32,000 nt of DNA from Candidatus Karelsulcia muelleri (GCF_022985615.1 NZ_CP094965.1:90001-122000); one strand, 5' to 3'. Positions 1-10,353 are shown, counted from the stretch's first letter. The notes: a model not told the origin generated them from the sequence alone. A program made the numbers and translations.

Positions 1-789
1 AAAAAAGATATAATAGAAATATATAATCTTTATATAAATAAAGAAAATTTTTTATTAAAAAGCGAGAAGATAAAAATTCATATAATATACGAAGATGAAT
101 ACTTATTAATAATTAACAAGCCATTTAATTCAGTAGTTCATCCCGGCACTAGGAATCCAAAAGGTACCATACTAAATGGTATAAAATTTTATTTACAAAA
201 AACCAAGCTAAAAAAACCTTACTTAGCCAATAGAATAGATAAAGAAACAAGTGGTTTAATTATAGTAGTAACTGATGAAAAAATATTAAAAAATATATCC
301 AAACAATTTACTTTAAATTTAATTAAGAAAAAATATATCGCCTTAGTAAATGGAAAGATAAAAAAGAATAATATAACTATATACTCAAATATTATAAGAA
401 ATAGAAAAACAAAATATAATATGGATATTACCAAATTTAGAGGAAAAGTTTGTATTTCAAGTTTTAAAGTAATAGAAAGATTAAAATATATAACAGTATT
501 AAAATGTCGACTTTATACTGGTAGAACACATCAAATAAGAGTACATTTAAAAAAAATAGGACATCCAATATTTAATGATAAAAAATATGGTGGGGATCAA
601 ATATTATGCGATAATATTCCATTATGCAAAAAAAAAATAATAAATCATATAATAAAAAATTCGCATTTTATTGCTCTACATGCTAATTCACTAGAATTAA
701 TACACCCAATTTTTCTAAAAACAATAAAATATAATTCTATAATTCCATATCAAATTTATCTTTTGATAAAGATAATGTCTACATTATGA
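1..789 (+). CDS. rluD: RluD-family 23S rRNA pseudouridine synthase, 5' end outside the window
   Basis: Frame 1 is open from base 1; the tracked ORF at 421 is only the first in-frame ATG. Upstream in-frame translation includes 'YEDEYLLIINKPFNSVVHPG' and 'ANRIDKETSGLIIVVTDE', matching the RluA/RluD catalytic motif (HRLDxxTSGL). 'LYTGRTHQIRVHLKKIGHPIFNDKKYGG' follows downstream. Confidence 0.85.
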   Translation, partial: KKDIIEIYNLYINKENFLLKSEKIKIHIIYEDEYLLIINKPFNSVVHPGTRNPKGTILNGIKFYLQKTKLKKPYLANRIDKETSGLIIVVTDEKILKNISKQFTLNLIKKKYIALVNGKIKKNNITIYSNIIRNRKTKYNMDITKFRGKVCISSFKVIERLKYITVLKCRLYTGRTHQIRVHLKKIGHPIFNDKKYGGDQILCDNIPLCKKKIINHIIKNSHFIALHANSLELIHPIFLKTIKYNSIIPYQIYLLIKIMSTL

Positions 790-885
790 TTCTGATTATT
801 CTTTCTTTCATGAATTTTAGATAACTTAATAAATCTTCATTATTACTATAAAGTTGGATTTTTTATAATCAGCTTGTGCTATAAT

Positions 886-960
886 GGTAAACGTAGCTCA
901 ACTGGTTAGAGCATTAGATTGTGGTTCTAAAGGTTGTCGGTTCAATTCCGATCGTTTACC
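886..960 (+). tRNA. tRNA-His (anticodon GTG at 921-923)
   Basis: Cloverleaf by eye: acceptor GTAAACG/CGTTTAC plus extra 5' G pairing with C73 (tRNA-His hallmark), anticodon stem TTAGA/TCTAA with loop TTGTGGT, T-arm with TTCAATT. Confidence 0.93.
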
Positions 961-1075
961 TTATTAAATAATCCGATATTTTATCAGAAGGAATAATTAG
1001 ATCACGAAAACGATATCTATCATTCTTATGAAAAAAAATAATTAATCTAGTTATTTTGTTTTTATAGTCTTCATA

Positions 1076-1282
1076 TTAAAGTTCTTTATGAAGAGTAATC
1101 CTTTTTAAAAAGGGATTAAATTTACGTAAATTCAATTTACGAGGAAATTTACGTAAATTCAATTTACGAGGAGTATTGATTCTGTTTTTAGTAGTGAAAT
1201 ATCGAGAGATACCATTGAGCCCATTTTTTTTTTGTTCTAGACATTCTAGAATAATTTTAATCCTATTTATTTTATTTCTCAT
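1076..1282 (-). CDS. rpmG: 50S ribosomal protein L33 with a 9-aa internal duplication
   Basis: 'ILECLEQKKNGLNGISRYFTTKNRINTPRKLNLRKF...NPFLKRITLHKEL' matches L33; adjacent to rpmB. Confidence 0.85.
   Translation of the reverse strand: MRNKINRIKIILECLEQKKNGLNGISRYFTTKNRINTPRKLNLRKFPRKLNLRKFNPFLKRITLHKEL
1119..1172. repeat. Perfect 27-bp tandem duplication inside rpmG
   Basis: aatttacgtaaattcaatttacgagga x2 (1119-1145, 1146-1172); encodes PRKLNLRKF twice. Confidence 0.95.
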
Positions 1283-1496
1283 ATAAGTAAATGTTCTTAG
1301 ATTTAAAGAAATTTTTATTAAGTGTTTTTAAACCTTTATTAGAAAGAAAAATAGTAATCCATTTGTTTTTATTAATAATAAAAAGACGTTTTCTAAAAAT
1401 ATTAGCCTTAAAAATTCTCCTACTTTTTTTGTTAGAATGTGAAATTTTTTTCCCAAAAATATTTGTTTTCCGAGTAACTTGACAAAATTTAGACAT
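1272..1496 (-). CDS. rpmB: 50S ribosomal protein L28
   Basis: 'MSKFCQVTRKTNIFGKKISHSNKKSRRIFKANI...KRLFIINKNKWITIFLSNKGLKTLNK' matches L28. Confidence 0.9.
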   Translation of the reverse strand: MSKFCQVTRKTNIFGKKISHSNKKSRRIFKANIFRKRLFIINKNKWITIFLSNKGLKTLNKNFFKSKNIYLYEK

Positions 1497-1519
1497 AATT
1501 TAATTATAATTAATTATAA

Positions 1520-2764
1520 TTAATTTAAATAAATTTTATTATCCATAAAATAGGGAATTAAAGCTTTAGGAATTTGAATATAATCGCTAAATTGATAATT
1601 TTCTATTAAAGCTGCAAACAAACGTGGAATAGCCAAAGAACTTCCATTTAAAGTATGACAAAAAGATTTTTTTCCATACTTATTAAGGAATTTTATCCCC
1701 ATTCTATTAGCTTGAAAATTTGTACAGTTAGAAACAGAACTAACTTCCAACCATTTATTTTGTCCTGGAGAATAAACTTCAAAATCATATGTCAAAGCTG
1801 AAGTAAAACCTAAATCTTTAGCTGAAATACTAATAATACGAAAAGGAATATTTAAAGAAGATAAAATTTTTTTTACATGTCTTATCATGTAATTAAAAGA
1901 TTTATAAGAATTTTTCTCAGAATTAATTTCTATTATTTCTACTTTATCAAACTGATGTAATCTATTTAAACCTTTAACTTTTCGTCCATATGATCCAGCT
2001 TCTCTTCTAAAGCAAGAAGTAAAAGCTGTAGCCTTAAAAGGTAAATCCAGAATTTTAAAAAGAGAATGTCTGAAAACATTGAGTAAAGGGACCTCAGCAG
2101 TAGGAATCAAATACAATTTATCTTTTTCTAAAAAATACATTTGCTTTTTTTTATCAGGCAGCTGTCCAGTCCCAAAAATAGAATTTTTATTTACTAAAAA
2201 AGGTAAAACATATTCAATATATCCTGCTTTAATATTTTGATCTAAACAATATTGAATTAAGGATCTTTGTAACTTAGCTCCTTTATCAAGATAAAGGTTA
2301 AAACCACTACCAGCCATATTAGAAGCGAAATTAAGATTAAACAGATTAAACTTTTTTCCTAATTCCCAATGTGGAAGTAATTTCTTTTTATAATATGAAG
2401 TAACATTTTGATAAACTAAAATATCTTTTTTTGAAGGAACTTTTTTATAAGGGATATTAGGGAGATTACTTAAAATTTTAAAGATTTTTTTAGAGAATAC
2501 TTTCAAAATAGCCTCTAAAATTTGCATTGTTTTTTTATAAACAGTAGCTTTTGGTATAAGATACCTATTATTAATATTAGAACCAATTAATACGGAAATT
2601 TTTTTAAGTTTAGCAAGTAAAGAGTTTTTTTTAAGGATTTTTTTTATTTTTTCTTTTTCTAATTTAAAAATAGAATCGATAATCTTTAAATTGCTAAATT
2701 GGCGTCTTTTTAATCCCAAAATGACTTTATTTTTATTTTTTCTGATAAAAGAAATCGGTAACAT
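1520..2764 (-). CDS. serS: Seryl-tRNA synthetase
   Basis: Class II aaRS motifs 'AFTSCFRREAGSYGRKVKGLNRLHQFDKVEI' and 'NGSSLAIPRLFAALIENYQ'. Confidence 0.93.
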   Translation of the reverse strand: MLPISFIRKNKNKVILGLKRRQFSNLKIIDSIFKLEKEKIKKILKKNSLLAKLKKISVLIGSNINNRYLIPKATVYKKTMQILEAILKVFSKKIFKILSNLPNIPYKKVPSKKDILVYQNVTSYYKKKLLPHWELGKKFNLFNLNFASNMAGSGFNLYLDKGAKLQRSLIQYCLDQNIKAGYIEYVLPFLVNKNSIFGTGQLPDKKKQMYFLEKDKLYLIPTAEVPLLNVFRHSLFKILDLPFKATAFTSCFRREAGSYGRKVKGLNRLHQFDKVEIIEINSEKNSYKSFNYMIRHVKKILSSLNIPFRIISISAKDLGFTSALTYDFEVYSPGQNKWLEVSSVSNCTNFQANRMGIKFLNKYGKKSFCHTLNGSSLAIPRLFAALIENYQFSDYIQIPKALIPYFMDNKIYLN

Positions 2765-2888
2765 TAAATATTTATTTGTTTAAAAAATTTTTGTATAACT
2801 AACTTAAAACTTTTAGAAATAGGACGATTTTGATTTTAGAAATATAAATAGAATAAATTGGTTTTAAAATAGAGAAATTCATAATTCC

Positions 2889-3020
2889 TAAGATAGATGG
2901 TACCATGGTACACTGGTACCCTGGTACCCTAAGATAGATGGTATTGTATGGTCCCGTCCCATTGTATATGGTACACTACACGAGGTACACTACACAACTA
3001 ACTAACTAACTAACTAAGAT
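2889..3020. repeat. Degenerate GGTACC/GATAGATGGTA/ACTA-rich intergenic repeat tract
   Basis: 'taagatagatggtaccatggtacactggtaccctggtaccctaagatagatggta' and 'actaactaactaactaac'. Confidence 0.8.
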
Positions 3021-3024
3021 GGTA

Positions 3025-3096
3025 TGGTACCTCCTGGAATTGAACCAGGGCCTAACGGATTTTCAGTCCGTTGCTCTACCTCTGAGCTAAGATACC
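3025..3096 (-). tRNA. tRNA-Phe (GAA)
   Basis: Reverse complement GGTATCTTAGCTCAGAGGTAGAGCAACGGACTGAAAATCCGTTAGGCCCTGGTTCAATTCCAGGAGGTACCA; anticodon stem ACGGA/TCCGT, loop CTGAAAA. Confidence 0.93.
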
Positions 3097-3107
3097 TAAG
3101 TTGATAC

Positions 3108-5813
3108 CTAATAAATAACTAAATTAATAATTTTGTTTTTAACTAAAACCAAAGTTTTAATTAACAAAAAATTAAAATTATTATTACATAAAATCCTATT
3201 AAGAAGTTTTATAGTATTTAGTGATAAATCAGTCTTAAGTTTGAATTTTAATTTACCATTTAAAGTAATAGGATAAATAATATCTTTTTTTAAGAGAAAT
3301 TTTTCATTAATTTTAGGAAAATTAGCAAAAAATATAGATTTTTTATTACCTAATTTTTCCCAAATTTCTTCTGAAATATGCGGAGCATAAAAACCAATTA
3401 AGATGGTAAAAGGTTCTAAAATTTCCCGTTTATTACATTTAATTTCTTTGAGCTTATTTAATAAAATCATAAATTCACTTATAGGAATATTAAAATGATG
3501 TGACTCTAAATTTTTCTTAATTTTACTAATCGAAATATTCAAAATCCTTTTTTCTTTATCAGAAGATTTACTTTCATCAATTATAAATTTCTTTTTATAA
3601 TGAAATAGGTTCCAAAATTTGTTTAAAAAAATGTTAACCCCTTTAATAGATCTTAAATTACAAATTTTATATTTTTCTAGTGGACCAAGAAACAATTCAT
3701 ATAAACGCAGAGTATCTGCACCATATTCTTCGCAGATTGAATCAGGATTTATAACATTAAATTTAGATTTAGACATTTTTTCAAAGAAACGATAGCAAAA
3801 AAATGTTTTATTTTCATAAATAAATTTAGCACGTTTAAATTCAGGGAGCCATTTTCTTAGTTTATTAATATTAACCTCATTATTATTTTTTACTAATTTT
3901 ATATCTATATAAATTTTCTGATATTTATTTATATTGTCTTTTATTAAAAAATAAGAGAAAAATTTATTCTTTTTTTTAAAAATTATAGCCGATTTTGCTA
4001 AAATCATACCTTGATTTAAAATTCTTCTAAAAGGTTCTTTAGAACTGACCAAGCCACGATCATATAAAAATTTGTATATAAATCTAGAATAAATTAAATG
4101 TCCTGTAGCATGTTCAATACCACCAATATAGAGATCAACATTTCTCCAATAATTTTCTATTTTTTTATCGACTAACAAATATAAATTATTAGGATCCATA
4201 TATCTTAAAAAATAGAAATTTGAAGCAGCCCAACTTGGCATAGTACAATTTTCAAGTTTTAAAAGATTTTTATTATCTATTAAAGAAGTATAGACGATTT
4301 TTTTTTTCTTTTTATTCCATGCAAAATAAAAATCTTTTATTTTTTTTTTCACTTTAGGAAAGGATAAAGGTAGGTATTTCTCAGAAATTGGAATAGGTAT
4401 TTTATTTTTAAAATAAATTGGGATAGGTTCTCCCCAAGATCGTTGTCTAGAAAAAATAGCATTATTAATTTTATATTTGATACAAATAAAGCCTATTTTT
4501 TTTTTAAGCATATATTTAACTATTAATACATTTGCTAGTTTAATATCAAGACCATTTAACAAATTAGAATTTGTACAAATGGTTTGATTGTTTTTCTTTT
4601 GAATAATTATTGGAATATTTAAGTTAAATTTTTTAGCCAAGAAAAGACTTTCAAAGTTTACAGAAGGGATACAAGGGATAATTTTTTTATTAAACTTATC
4701 TTTTACAAAATTGCTAAAATATATAGGAATTTTCTTTTTATTTAAGTCGTTAACTGCATATAATCCAGAAAAAATTCCTATTCGATTTTTATTATTTAAA
4801 CTCAAGTTAGTATATTTGTTAGTATATTTGTTAATGAGAGAACTACCAAAAGGCAAACAAAAGAAAGAAATACCAAAAATTAAATATGGTTTAGTAGTAA
4901 AAATTTCAAATTTTTGATTGATGATTTTTTTATCTTTATATAGAAAGAAAACTATCTTTATTCCCTGAGTTTTACCAATCCATTTTTTTTGAATAGATTT
5001 TAGTTTATTAGTACATTTTATCAATTTTAAGTCTTTTAAGAGTCTTTTTAAGTAAGCCTTAATTCTAAGACTCCATTGAAACATTGTTTTTTTAAAAACG
5101 GGATAACCACCAATTTTACTAAGCTTGTTTTCAATTTCTTCATTTGCAAGTACAGAACCTAACTTTGGACACCAATTTACTGAACTTTTAGAAAGAAAAG
5201 CTAATCGATAGTTTTGTAAAATTCTTTCTTTTTCCGAAAAATTAAAACTTTTCCATTGCAATGAATTAAATTTTTTCTTAAATCTAGAATAAGCAATAAC
5301 GTTTAAGTTACCATTCTTATTAAAAATTTTAATTAATTTCTTAATATCTTTAGCCTGTTCCTTGTCTTTATCATACCATGAATTAAAAAGTTTAAGAAAA
5401 ATCCATTGTGTCCATTTAAAATATTCTTTTTTATGAGTATATATAGTTCTGTCCCAGTCATAAGAAAAACCTAATTTTAATAATTGTTTACTATATTTTT
5501 TTATATTTAATTTAGTAATTTTATGTGGAGATTTCCCAGTCTTAATAGCAAATTGCTCTGTTGGTAATCCAAAAGAATCAAAACCAATAGGATGTAAAAC
5601 ATTATAACCAAGACTTTTTTTGAAACGTGAATAGACGTCTGAAGCTGTATAACCCAAGATATGGCCAACATGTAATCCATATCCTGAAGGATATGGAAAC
5701 ATATCTAAAACATAAAATTTTTTTTTATTTAAAATGTTTTTAGTAAGATATATTTTCTTTTTCTTCCAAATTTTTTGCCATTTTTTTTCTATTTTTTTAA
5801 AGTTATACTTCAT
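3108..5813 (-). CDS. leuS: Leucyl-tRNA synthetase
   Basis: 'FYVLDMFPYPSGYGLHVGHILGYTASDVYSRFKKSLGYNVLHPIGFDSFGLPTEQ', 'RQRSWGEPIP', 'KMSKSKFNVINPD'. Confidence 0.96.
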   Translation of the reverse strand: MKYNFKKIEKKWQKIWKKKKIYLTKNILNKKKFYVLDMFPYPSGYGLHVGHILGYTASDVYSRFKKSLGYNVLHPIGFDSFGLPTEQFAIKTGKSPHKITKLNIKKYSKQLLKLGFSYDWDRTIYTHKKEYFKWTQWIFLKLFNSWYDKDKEQAKDIKKLIKIFNKNGNLNVIAYSRFKKKFNSLQWKSFNFSEKERILQNYRLAFLSKSSVNWCPKLGSVLANEEIENKLSKIGGYPVFKKTMFQWSLRIKAYLKRLLKDLKLIKCTNKLKSIQKKWIGKTQGIKIVFFLYKDKKIINQKFEIFTTKPYLIFGISFFCLPFGSSLINKYTNKYTNLSLNNKNRIGIFSGLYAVNDLNKKKIPIYFSNFVKDKFNKKIIPCIPSVNFESLFLAKKFNLNIPIIIQKKNNQTICTNSNLLNGLDIKLANVLIVKYMLKKKIGFICIKYKINNAIFSRQRSWGEPIPIYFKNKIPIPISEKYLPLSFPKVKKKIKDFYFAWNKKKKKIVYTSLIDNKNLLKLENCTMPSWAASNFYFLRYMDPNNLYLLVDKKIENYWRNVDLYIGGIEHATGHLIYSRFIYKFLYDRGLVSSKEPFRRILNQGMILAKSAIIFKKKNKFFSYFLIKDNINKYQKIYIDIKLVKNNNEVNINKLRKWLPEFKRAKFIYENKTFFCYRFFEKMSKSKFNVINPDSICEEYGADTLRLYELFLGPLEKYKICNLRSIKGVNIFLNKFWNLFHYKKKFIIDESKSSDKEKRILNISISKIKKNLESHHFNIPISEFMILLNKLKEIKCNKREILEPFTILIGFYAPHISEEIWEKLGNKKSIFFANFPKINEKFLLKKDIIYPITLNGKLKFKLKTDLSLNTIKLLNRILCNNNFNFLLIKTLVLVKNKIINLVIY

Positions 5814-7065
5814 ATTTAAAATATAAAAGGTAAAAATTTTTTTTTCCTTTTTTTATAAGAATAAAATGCTTATGAAGAAAATCTTTTTTAGTTATTATAT
5901 AATCACTAAAGAAAGGCTTCATGTTTAAAAGTAATGACTGAAATTTAATTTTTCTTAAAGCTTCTGTTTTGGACTTACAAATAAAGTTATCAATAATCAA
6001 AATATCCAAAATTTTAAACTTTGTGTCATTTAATAGAATTTTTTTACAAGGAATATATTTTTTAATTAGTAATAATTTTTTTGGGCTTAAAAAAGTTAGA
6101 ATCTTATTAAGATTAGGATTAAATAAGATTTTGTTTATATTATATATATCTGTAAAAGTTTTTTTACTATGTACTAAAATAGTAGTAATTTTAGCTATTT
6201 TTTTTTGCAAAATTCTTAAAAATGGAGCTCGATCGTGTAAAGTAATTATTTTAGAAATAGATATTTTATTAGAAAAAGTAAAAATTTTTATTAATTTTTT
6301 AGCTTGTACATCTGAAAGATTAATCCAAAATTGATAAAACTTATAAGGTGAAGTTAATTTGGGATCAAGCCAAATATTTTCCCCATTTTCAGTTTTGCCA
6401 AATTTTGTGCCATCGGATCTAGTAAGGAGTGGATGAGTTAAACCATGTACTTGAGTTTTTTGTTTTTTTTTAATTAATTCAATGCCACAAGTAATATTAC
6501 CCCATTGATCTGAACCACCGATTTGTAAAACACATTTTTTATTTTTGTATAAATAATAAAAATCATAAGCTTGTAAAAGTTGATAAGTAAATTCAGTAAA
6601 AGAGAGACTTCGTAATCTTTTTTTAACGGAATCTTTATTTAACATATAATTAATAGAAAAGTATTTTCCAATATCTCTAGAAAATTCAATAAATTTTAGC
6701 TTTTTATTCCAATTATTATTCATAATTGGGATTTTAAATTTTTTTGAGAATTTAAATAATTGCTTTCTAATTTTTCTAGAATATAAATAATTTTCTTCAC
6801 TTTTAATTAAACTACGTTCCCCTTTTTTTCCAGATGGGTCACCAATTAAACTAGTACTAGTACCAAGTAAAAAAAAAACATTATGTCCATAATTTTTAAA
6901 ATGAATAGAAAGAATAATAGAAATTAAATTCCCAATATGCAAAGAAGAAGAAGTGGGATCAAATCCTGAATACAGGTTAACCTTTCTTTTCAAGATCTCT
7001 GAAGTCCCCTTAGTTTTATTACTAATTAAACCTCTCCATCCTATTTCTTTAATAAATTTAAGCAT
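5803..7065 (-). CDS. tyrS: Tyrosyl-tRNA synthetase (start inferred at MLKFIKEIGWRG, not the 7197 start in the track)
   Basis: 'YSGFDPTSSSLHIGNLISIILSIHFKNYGHNVFFLLGTSTSLIGDPSGKK', 'LQIGGSDQWGNITCG', 'DGTKFGKTENG'. Residues before MLKF are hydrophobic low-complexity sequence read from the AT-rich spacer. Confidence 0.93.
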   Translation of the reverse strand: MLKFIKEIGWRGLISNKTKGTSEILKRKVNLYSGFDPTSSSLHIGNLISIILSIHFKNYGHNVFFLLGTSTSLIGDPSGKKGERSLIKSEENYLYSRKIRKQLFKFSKKFKIPIMNNNWNKKLKFIEFSRDIGKYFSINYMLNKDSVKKRLRSLSFTEFTYQLLQAYDFYYLYKNKKCVLQIGGSDQWGNITCGIELIKKKQKTQVHGLTHPLLTRSDGTKFGKTENGENIWLDPKLTSPYKFYQFWINLSDVQAKKLIKIFTFSNKISISKIITLHDRAPFLRILQKKIAKITTILVHSKKTFTDIYNINKILFNPNLNKILTFLSPKKLLLIKKYIPCKKILLNDTKFKILDILIIDNFICKSKTEALRKIKFQSLLLNMKPFFSDYIITKKDFLHKHFILIKKGKKNFYLLYFKYEV

Positions 7066-7196
7066 AAGAATATTTTCAAAGCAATAATATAATATAATAT
7101 AATATAATATACACAAAAAATGCAACATAAAAAAATAATAAAATAAAATAATAAAATAGGAGAGAAGGTTGACCAAAGTAGTAAATCTCAATATCA

Positions 7197-8357
7197 ATGC
7201 AACCTAAAAAAAGAAAAATAATAATTTTTGATACGACATTAAGAGATGGAGAACAAGTACCAGGTTGCAAACTAAACGAAAAAGAAAAAATTATAATTGC
7301 TAAAAATCTCGAACTCTTAGGAGTAGATGTAATAGAAGCAGGTTTTCCAATTTCAAGTCCCGGAGATTTCCAATCAGTTAGAGAAATTTCAAAACATATT
7401 TCCAATACTATAATATGTGGACTAACAAGAGCTAAAAAAAAAGATATAGAAATAGCTGCACTAGCCTTAAAAGATGCCAAACGTCCTAGAATTCAGACTG
7501 GAATAGGTACTTCTGAGTCTCATATAAAACAGAAATTTCAGAGCACAGAAGAAAAGATATTAGACATTGCATATGAGTCAGTAAAGTATGCCAAAAAATT
7601 TGTAGAAGATATAGAATTCTATGCAGAAGATGCTGGAAGAACCGAAAACTTGTTTTTAGCAAAAGTTTGTGAAAAAGTTATCCAAGCAGGAGCAACAGTT
7701 ATTAATTTACCAGATACTACTGGATATTGTTTACCAGAAGAATATGGGAAAAAAATAAAATTTTTAATAGAAAATGTACCGAATATAGACCAAGTAACAC
7801 TCTCAACTCATTGCCATGATGATTTGGGATTAGCAACTGCAAATTCAATAGCAGGTATTAAAAATGGGGCCCGACAAGTAGAAGGAACTATAAATGGAAT
7901 TGGGGAAAGAGCCGGTAATACACCATTAGAAGAAATAGTAATGATATTAAAAAAAAAGAAAGAATTAAATTTTTTTACTAATATTAATACAAAAATGTTA
8001 TATACGATTAGTAAATTTGTTTCTCAATATACTGGAATGTTTGTCCCCCAAAATAAAGCGATAATAGGAAAAAATGCCTTCTCTCATTCTTCTGGGATTC
8101 ATCAAGATGGAATGATAAAGAATAGGGGCACATATGAAATTATAAATCCTAAGGAAGTTGGATATAAAACCTCTTCCCTAATATTAACTGCTCGTAGTGG
8201 ACGATCTGCGTTAATATATAGATATAAAAAAATAGGTTATGTATTTACAAAATATCAAATTGATACAATCTATCAAATCTTTTTAATATATGCGGATAAA
8301 AAAAAAGAAATTTCTGATGAAAACTTAAAACAAATTATAAATAGTGTAAGAAATTAA
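7197..8357 (+). CDS. leuA: 2-isopropylmalate synthase, short form (386 aa)
   Basis: '[25 protein letters not shown]', '[44 protein letters not shown]'; followed by leuC, leuD and leuB. Confidence 0.93.
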   Translation: MQPKKRKIIIFDTTLRDGEQVPGCKLNEKEKIIIAKNLELLGVDVIEAGFPISSPGDFQSVREISKHISNTIICGLTRAKKKDIEIAALALKDAKRPRIQTGIGTSESHIKQKFQSTEEKILDIAYESVKYAKKFVEDIEFYAEDAGRTENLFLAKVCEKVIQAGATVINLPDTTGYCLPEEYGKKIKFLIENVPNIDQVTLSTHCHDDLGLATANSIAGIKNGARQVEGTINGIGERAGNTPLEEIVMILKKKKELNFFTNINTKMLYTISKFVSQYTGMFVPQNKAIIGKNAFSHSSGIHQDGMIKNRGTYEIINPKEVGYKTSSLILTARSGRSALIYRYKKIGYVFTKYQIDTIYQIFLIYADKKKEISDENLKQIINSVRN

Positions 8358-8366
8358 GAAATTGAG

Positions 8367-9782
8367 ATGGCACTGACACTTTTTGAGAAAATCTGGAATT
8401 CACATGTAATAGATACAATAAATAAAAAAACAGATATTCTATATTTAGATAAACAATTTATTCATGAAGTAACTAGTCCACAAGCTTTTGAAACATTAGA
8501 AAAAAGAAACATTCCAATATTCAGGCCAGAAAAACTTATTGCAACTGCAGATCATAATGTTCCTACTAAAAATCAACATTTACCAATTAAAAATGCTTTA
8601 TCTAGGTTACAAATAAATTTACTTAAAAAAAATTGTCTAAAAAACGGAATTAAATTTTTTGGTTTAGGACATAAATATCAAGGAATTGTCCATGTAATAG
8701 GACCAGAATTAGGAATTACTTTACCCGGAATGACTATAGTATGTGGAGATAGTCATACTTCAACTCATGGGGCTTTAGGGTGTCTGGCTTTTGGAATTGG
8801 TACAAGTCAAGTAGCGATGGTAATGGCTTCTCAATGCTTATTGCTTAATAAACCTAAAAAAATGCGAATTATTCTAAAAGGTAACTTACAATTAAAATTA
8901 GGAGTGACACCAAAAGATATAATATTATATATAATATCGAAATTAGGTACTGGAGGAGCAACTGGATACTTTGTAGAATACTCAGGTCCAGTAATTGATG
9001 AGATGAAAATGGATGGCAGAATGACTATTTGTAATATGAGTATTGAAATGGGGGCAAGAGGAGGAATAATAGCACCAGACAAAACTACTTATAATTATCT
9101 AAAAGATAGAGCCTTTGCTCCGAAAAAAGAGAATTTCTTAGCAGCTAAATTATTTTGGAAAACTTTGAAAACGGACAAGAAAGCTCATTTTGATAAAGAA
9201 TATGAATTTGATGTCTCGAAAATAGAACCGATGATAACATATGGTACGTCTCCAAATATGTGTATAAAAATAGATGATTGTATCCCAAAAAATCTCCCAA
9301 AAAACTCTGAAAATTATTTTAATAAATCGTTAAAATATATGGGCTTTAAACCCGGAGAATATTTAATAGGAAAAACTATTAATTATGTTTTTATTGGTAG
9401 TTGTACAAATTCTAGAATTGATGATCTAAGGTTAGTATCAAAAATAGTAAAAGGAAAAAAAGTTGCTAAAAATGTACAGGCAATGATAGTACCAGGATCC
9501 ACACAAGTCTTTAAACAATTAATTAAAGAAAAAATAGATCTTATATTAAAAGAGTCGGGTTTTGATTTACGTCAACCTGGATGTTCTGCTTGTTTAGGAA
9601 TGAATGAAGATAAAATACCTTCTGGAGAATATTGTGTTTCGACCTCAAATCGGAATTTTGAAGGACGTCAAGGAAAGGGCTCACGTACGTTATTGACAAG
9701 TCCATTAGTCGCAGCTATTACTGCTTTAAAAGGTAAAATAGTAAGTATTAAAAAATATATGAAAAAATATGGAGAGATTTAA
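8367..9782 (+). CDS. leuC: 3-isopropylmalate dehydratase large subunit
   Basis: 'VVCGDSHTSTHGALGCLAFGIGTSQVAMVMASQ', 'YVFIGSCTNSRIDDLR', 'PGCSACLGMN' aconitase-family Fe-S motifs. Confidence 0.96.
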   Translation: MALTLFEKIWNSHVIDTINKKTDILYLDKQFIHEVTSPQAFETLEKRNIPIFRPEKLIATADHNVPTKNQHLPIKNALSRLQINLLKKNCLKNGIKFFGLGHKYQGIVHVIGPELGITLPGMTIVCGDSHTSTHGALGCLAFGIGTSQVAMVMASQCLLLNKPKKMRIILKGNLQLKLGVTPKDIILYIISKLGTGGATGYFVEYSGPVIDEMKMDGRMTICNMSIEMGARGGIIAPDKTTYNYLKDRAFAPKKENFLAAKLFWKTLKTDKKAHFDKEYEFDVSKIEPMITYGTSPNMCIKIDDCIPKNLPKNSENYFNKSLKYMGFKPGEYLIGKTINYVFIGSCTNSRIDDLRLVSKIVKGKKVAKNVQAMIVPGSTQVFKQLIKEKIDLILKESGFDLRQPGCSACLGMNEDKIPSGEYCVSTSNRNFEGRQGKGSRTLLTSPLVAAITALKGKIVSIKKYMKKYGEI

Positions 9783-10353
9783 GACCAGAATTAGTCAATG
9801 TCTTCCTTTAGATATAGATAATATTGATACTGATCAAATTATTCCAGCTAGATTTTTGAAAATTTCCTCTAGATTAAATTTATGCAAAAATTTATTTAGA
9901 GACTGGAGGTACTATAAAAATGGAAAAAAAACAAAATTTATATTAAATAATCCCAAATATACTGGAGAAATTTTAATTACAGGTAAAAATTTTGGGTGTG
10001 GTTCAAGTCGTGAACATGCCGTCTGGGCAATTATGGATTATGGAATTAAAGCAATAATTTCAAATTATTTTGCTGATATTTTTAAACAAAATGCATTAAA
10101 TAATGGGTTATTAGTCATAGAACTTAAACAAGATATTGTAAATTCTTTATTGAATAATATCTTAAAATTCCCTAAGAGTAAAATAAAAATTAATTTAAAA
10201 AAAGAATATATAGAATTTAAAAAAACAAAAATAAAATTTAAAATAAATTCTTATAAAAAAGAATGTTTTCTTAAAGGATATGATGATATCGATTTTTTAC
10301 TTAATTTAAAAAATAAAATAATTAAATTTGAAAACAAACTATTTTATAAATAA
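9769..10353 (+). CDS. leuD: 3-isopropylmalate dehydratase small subunit
   Basis: 'DIDNIDTDQIIPARFLK', 'ILITGKNFGCGSSREHAVWAIMDYGIKAIISNYFADIF'. Confidence 0.95.
   Translation: MERFKTRISQCLPLDIDNIDTDQIIPARFLKISSRLNLCKNLFRDWRYYKNGKKTKFILNNPKYTGEILITGKNFGCGSSREHAVWAIMDYGIKAIISNYFADIFKQNALNNGLLVIELKQDIVNSLLNNILKFPKSKIKINLKKEYIEFKKTKIKFKINSYKKECFLKGYDDIDFLLNLKNKIIKFENKLFYK

Noticed and set aside
219-434. Minus-strand ORF 219..434
   Set aside because: Antisense to the RluD-family coding frame, which is open on the plus strand from base 1.
4711-4917. Antisense ORFs within leuS, tyrS, leuC, groL, sufB and others
   Set aside because: They lie opposite clearly conserved coding sequences and have no recognisable motifs.
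7066-7197. 44-aa hydrophobic N-terminal extension of TyrRS in the supplied ORF
   Set aside because: It is translated AT-rich spacer (aatataatataat...). TyrRS homology starts at MLKFIKEIGWRG, so the start was placed at 7065.
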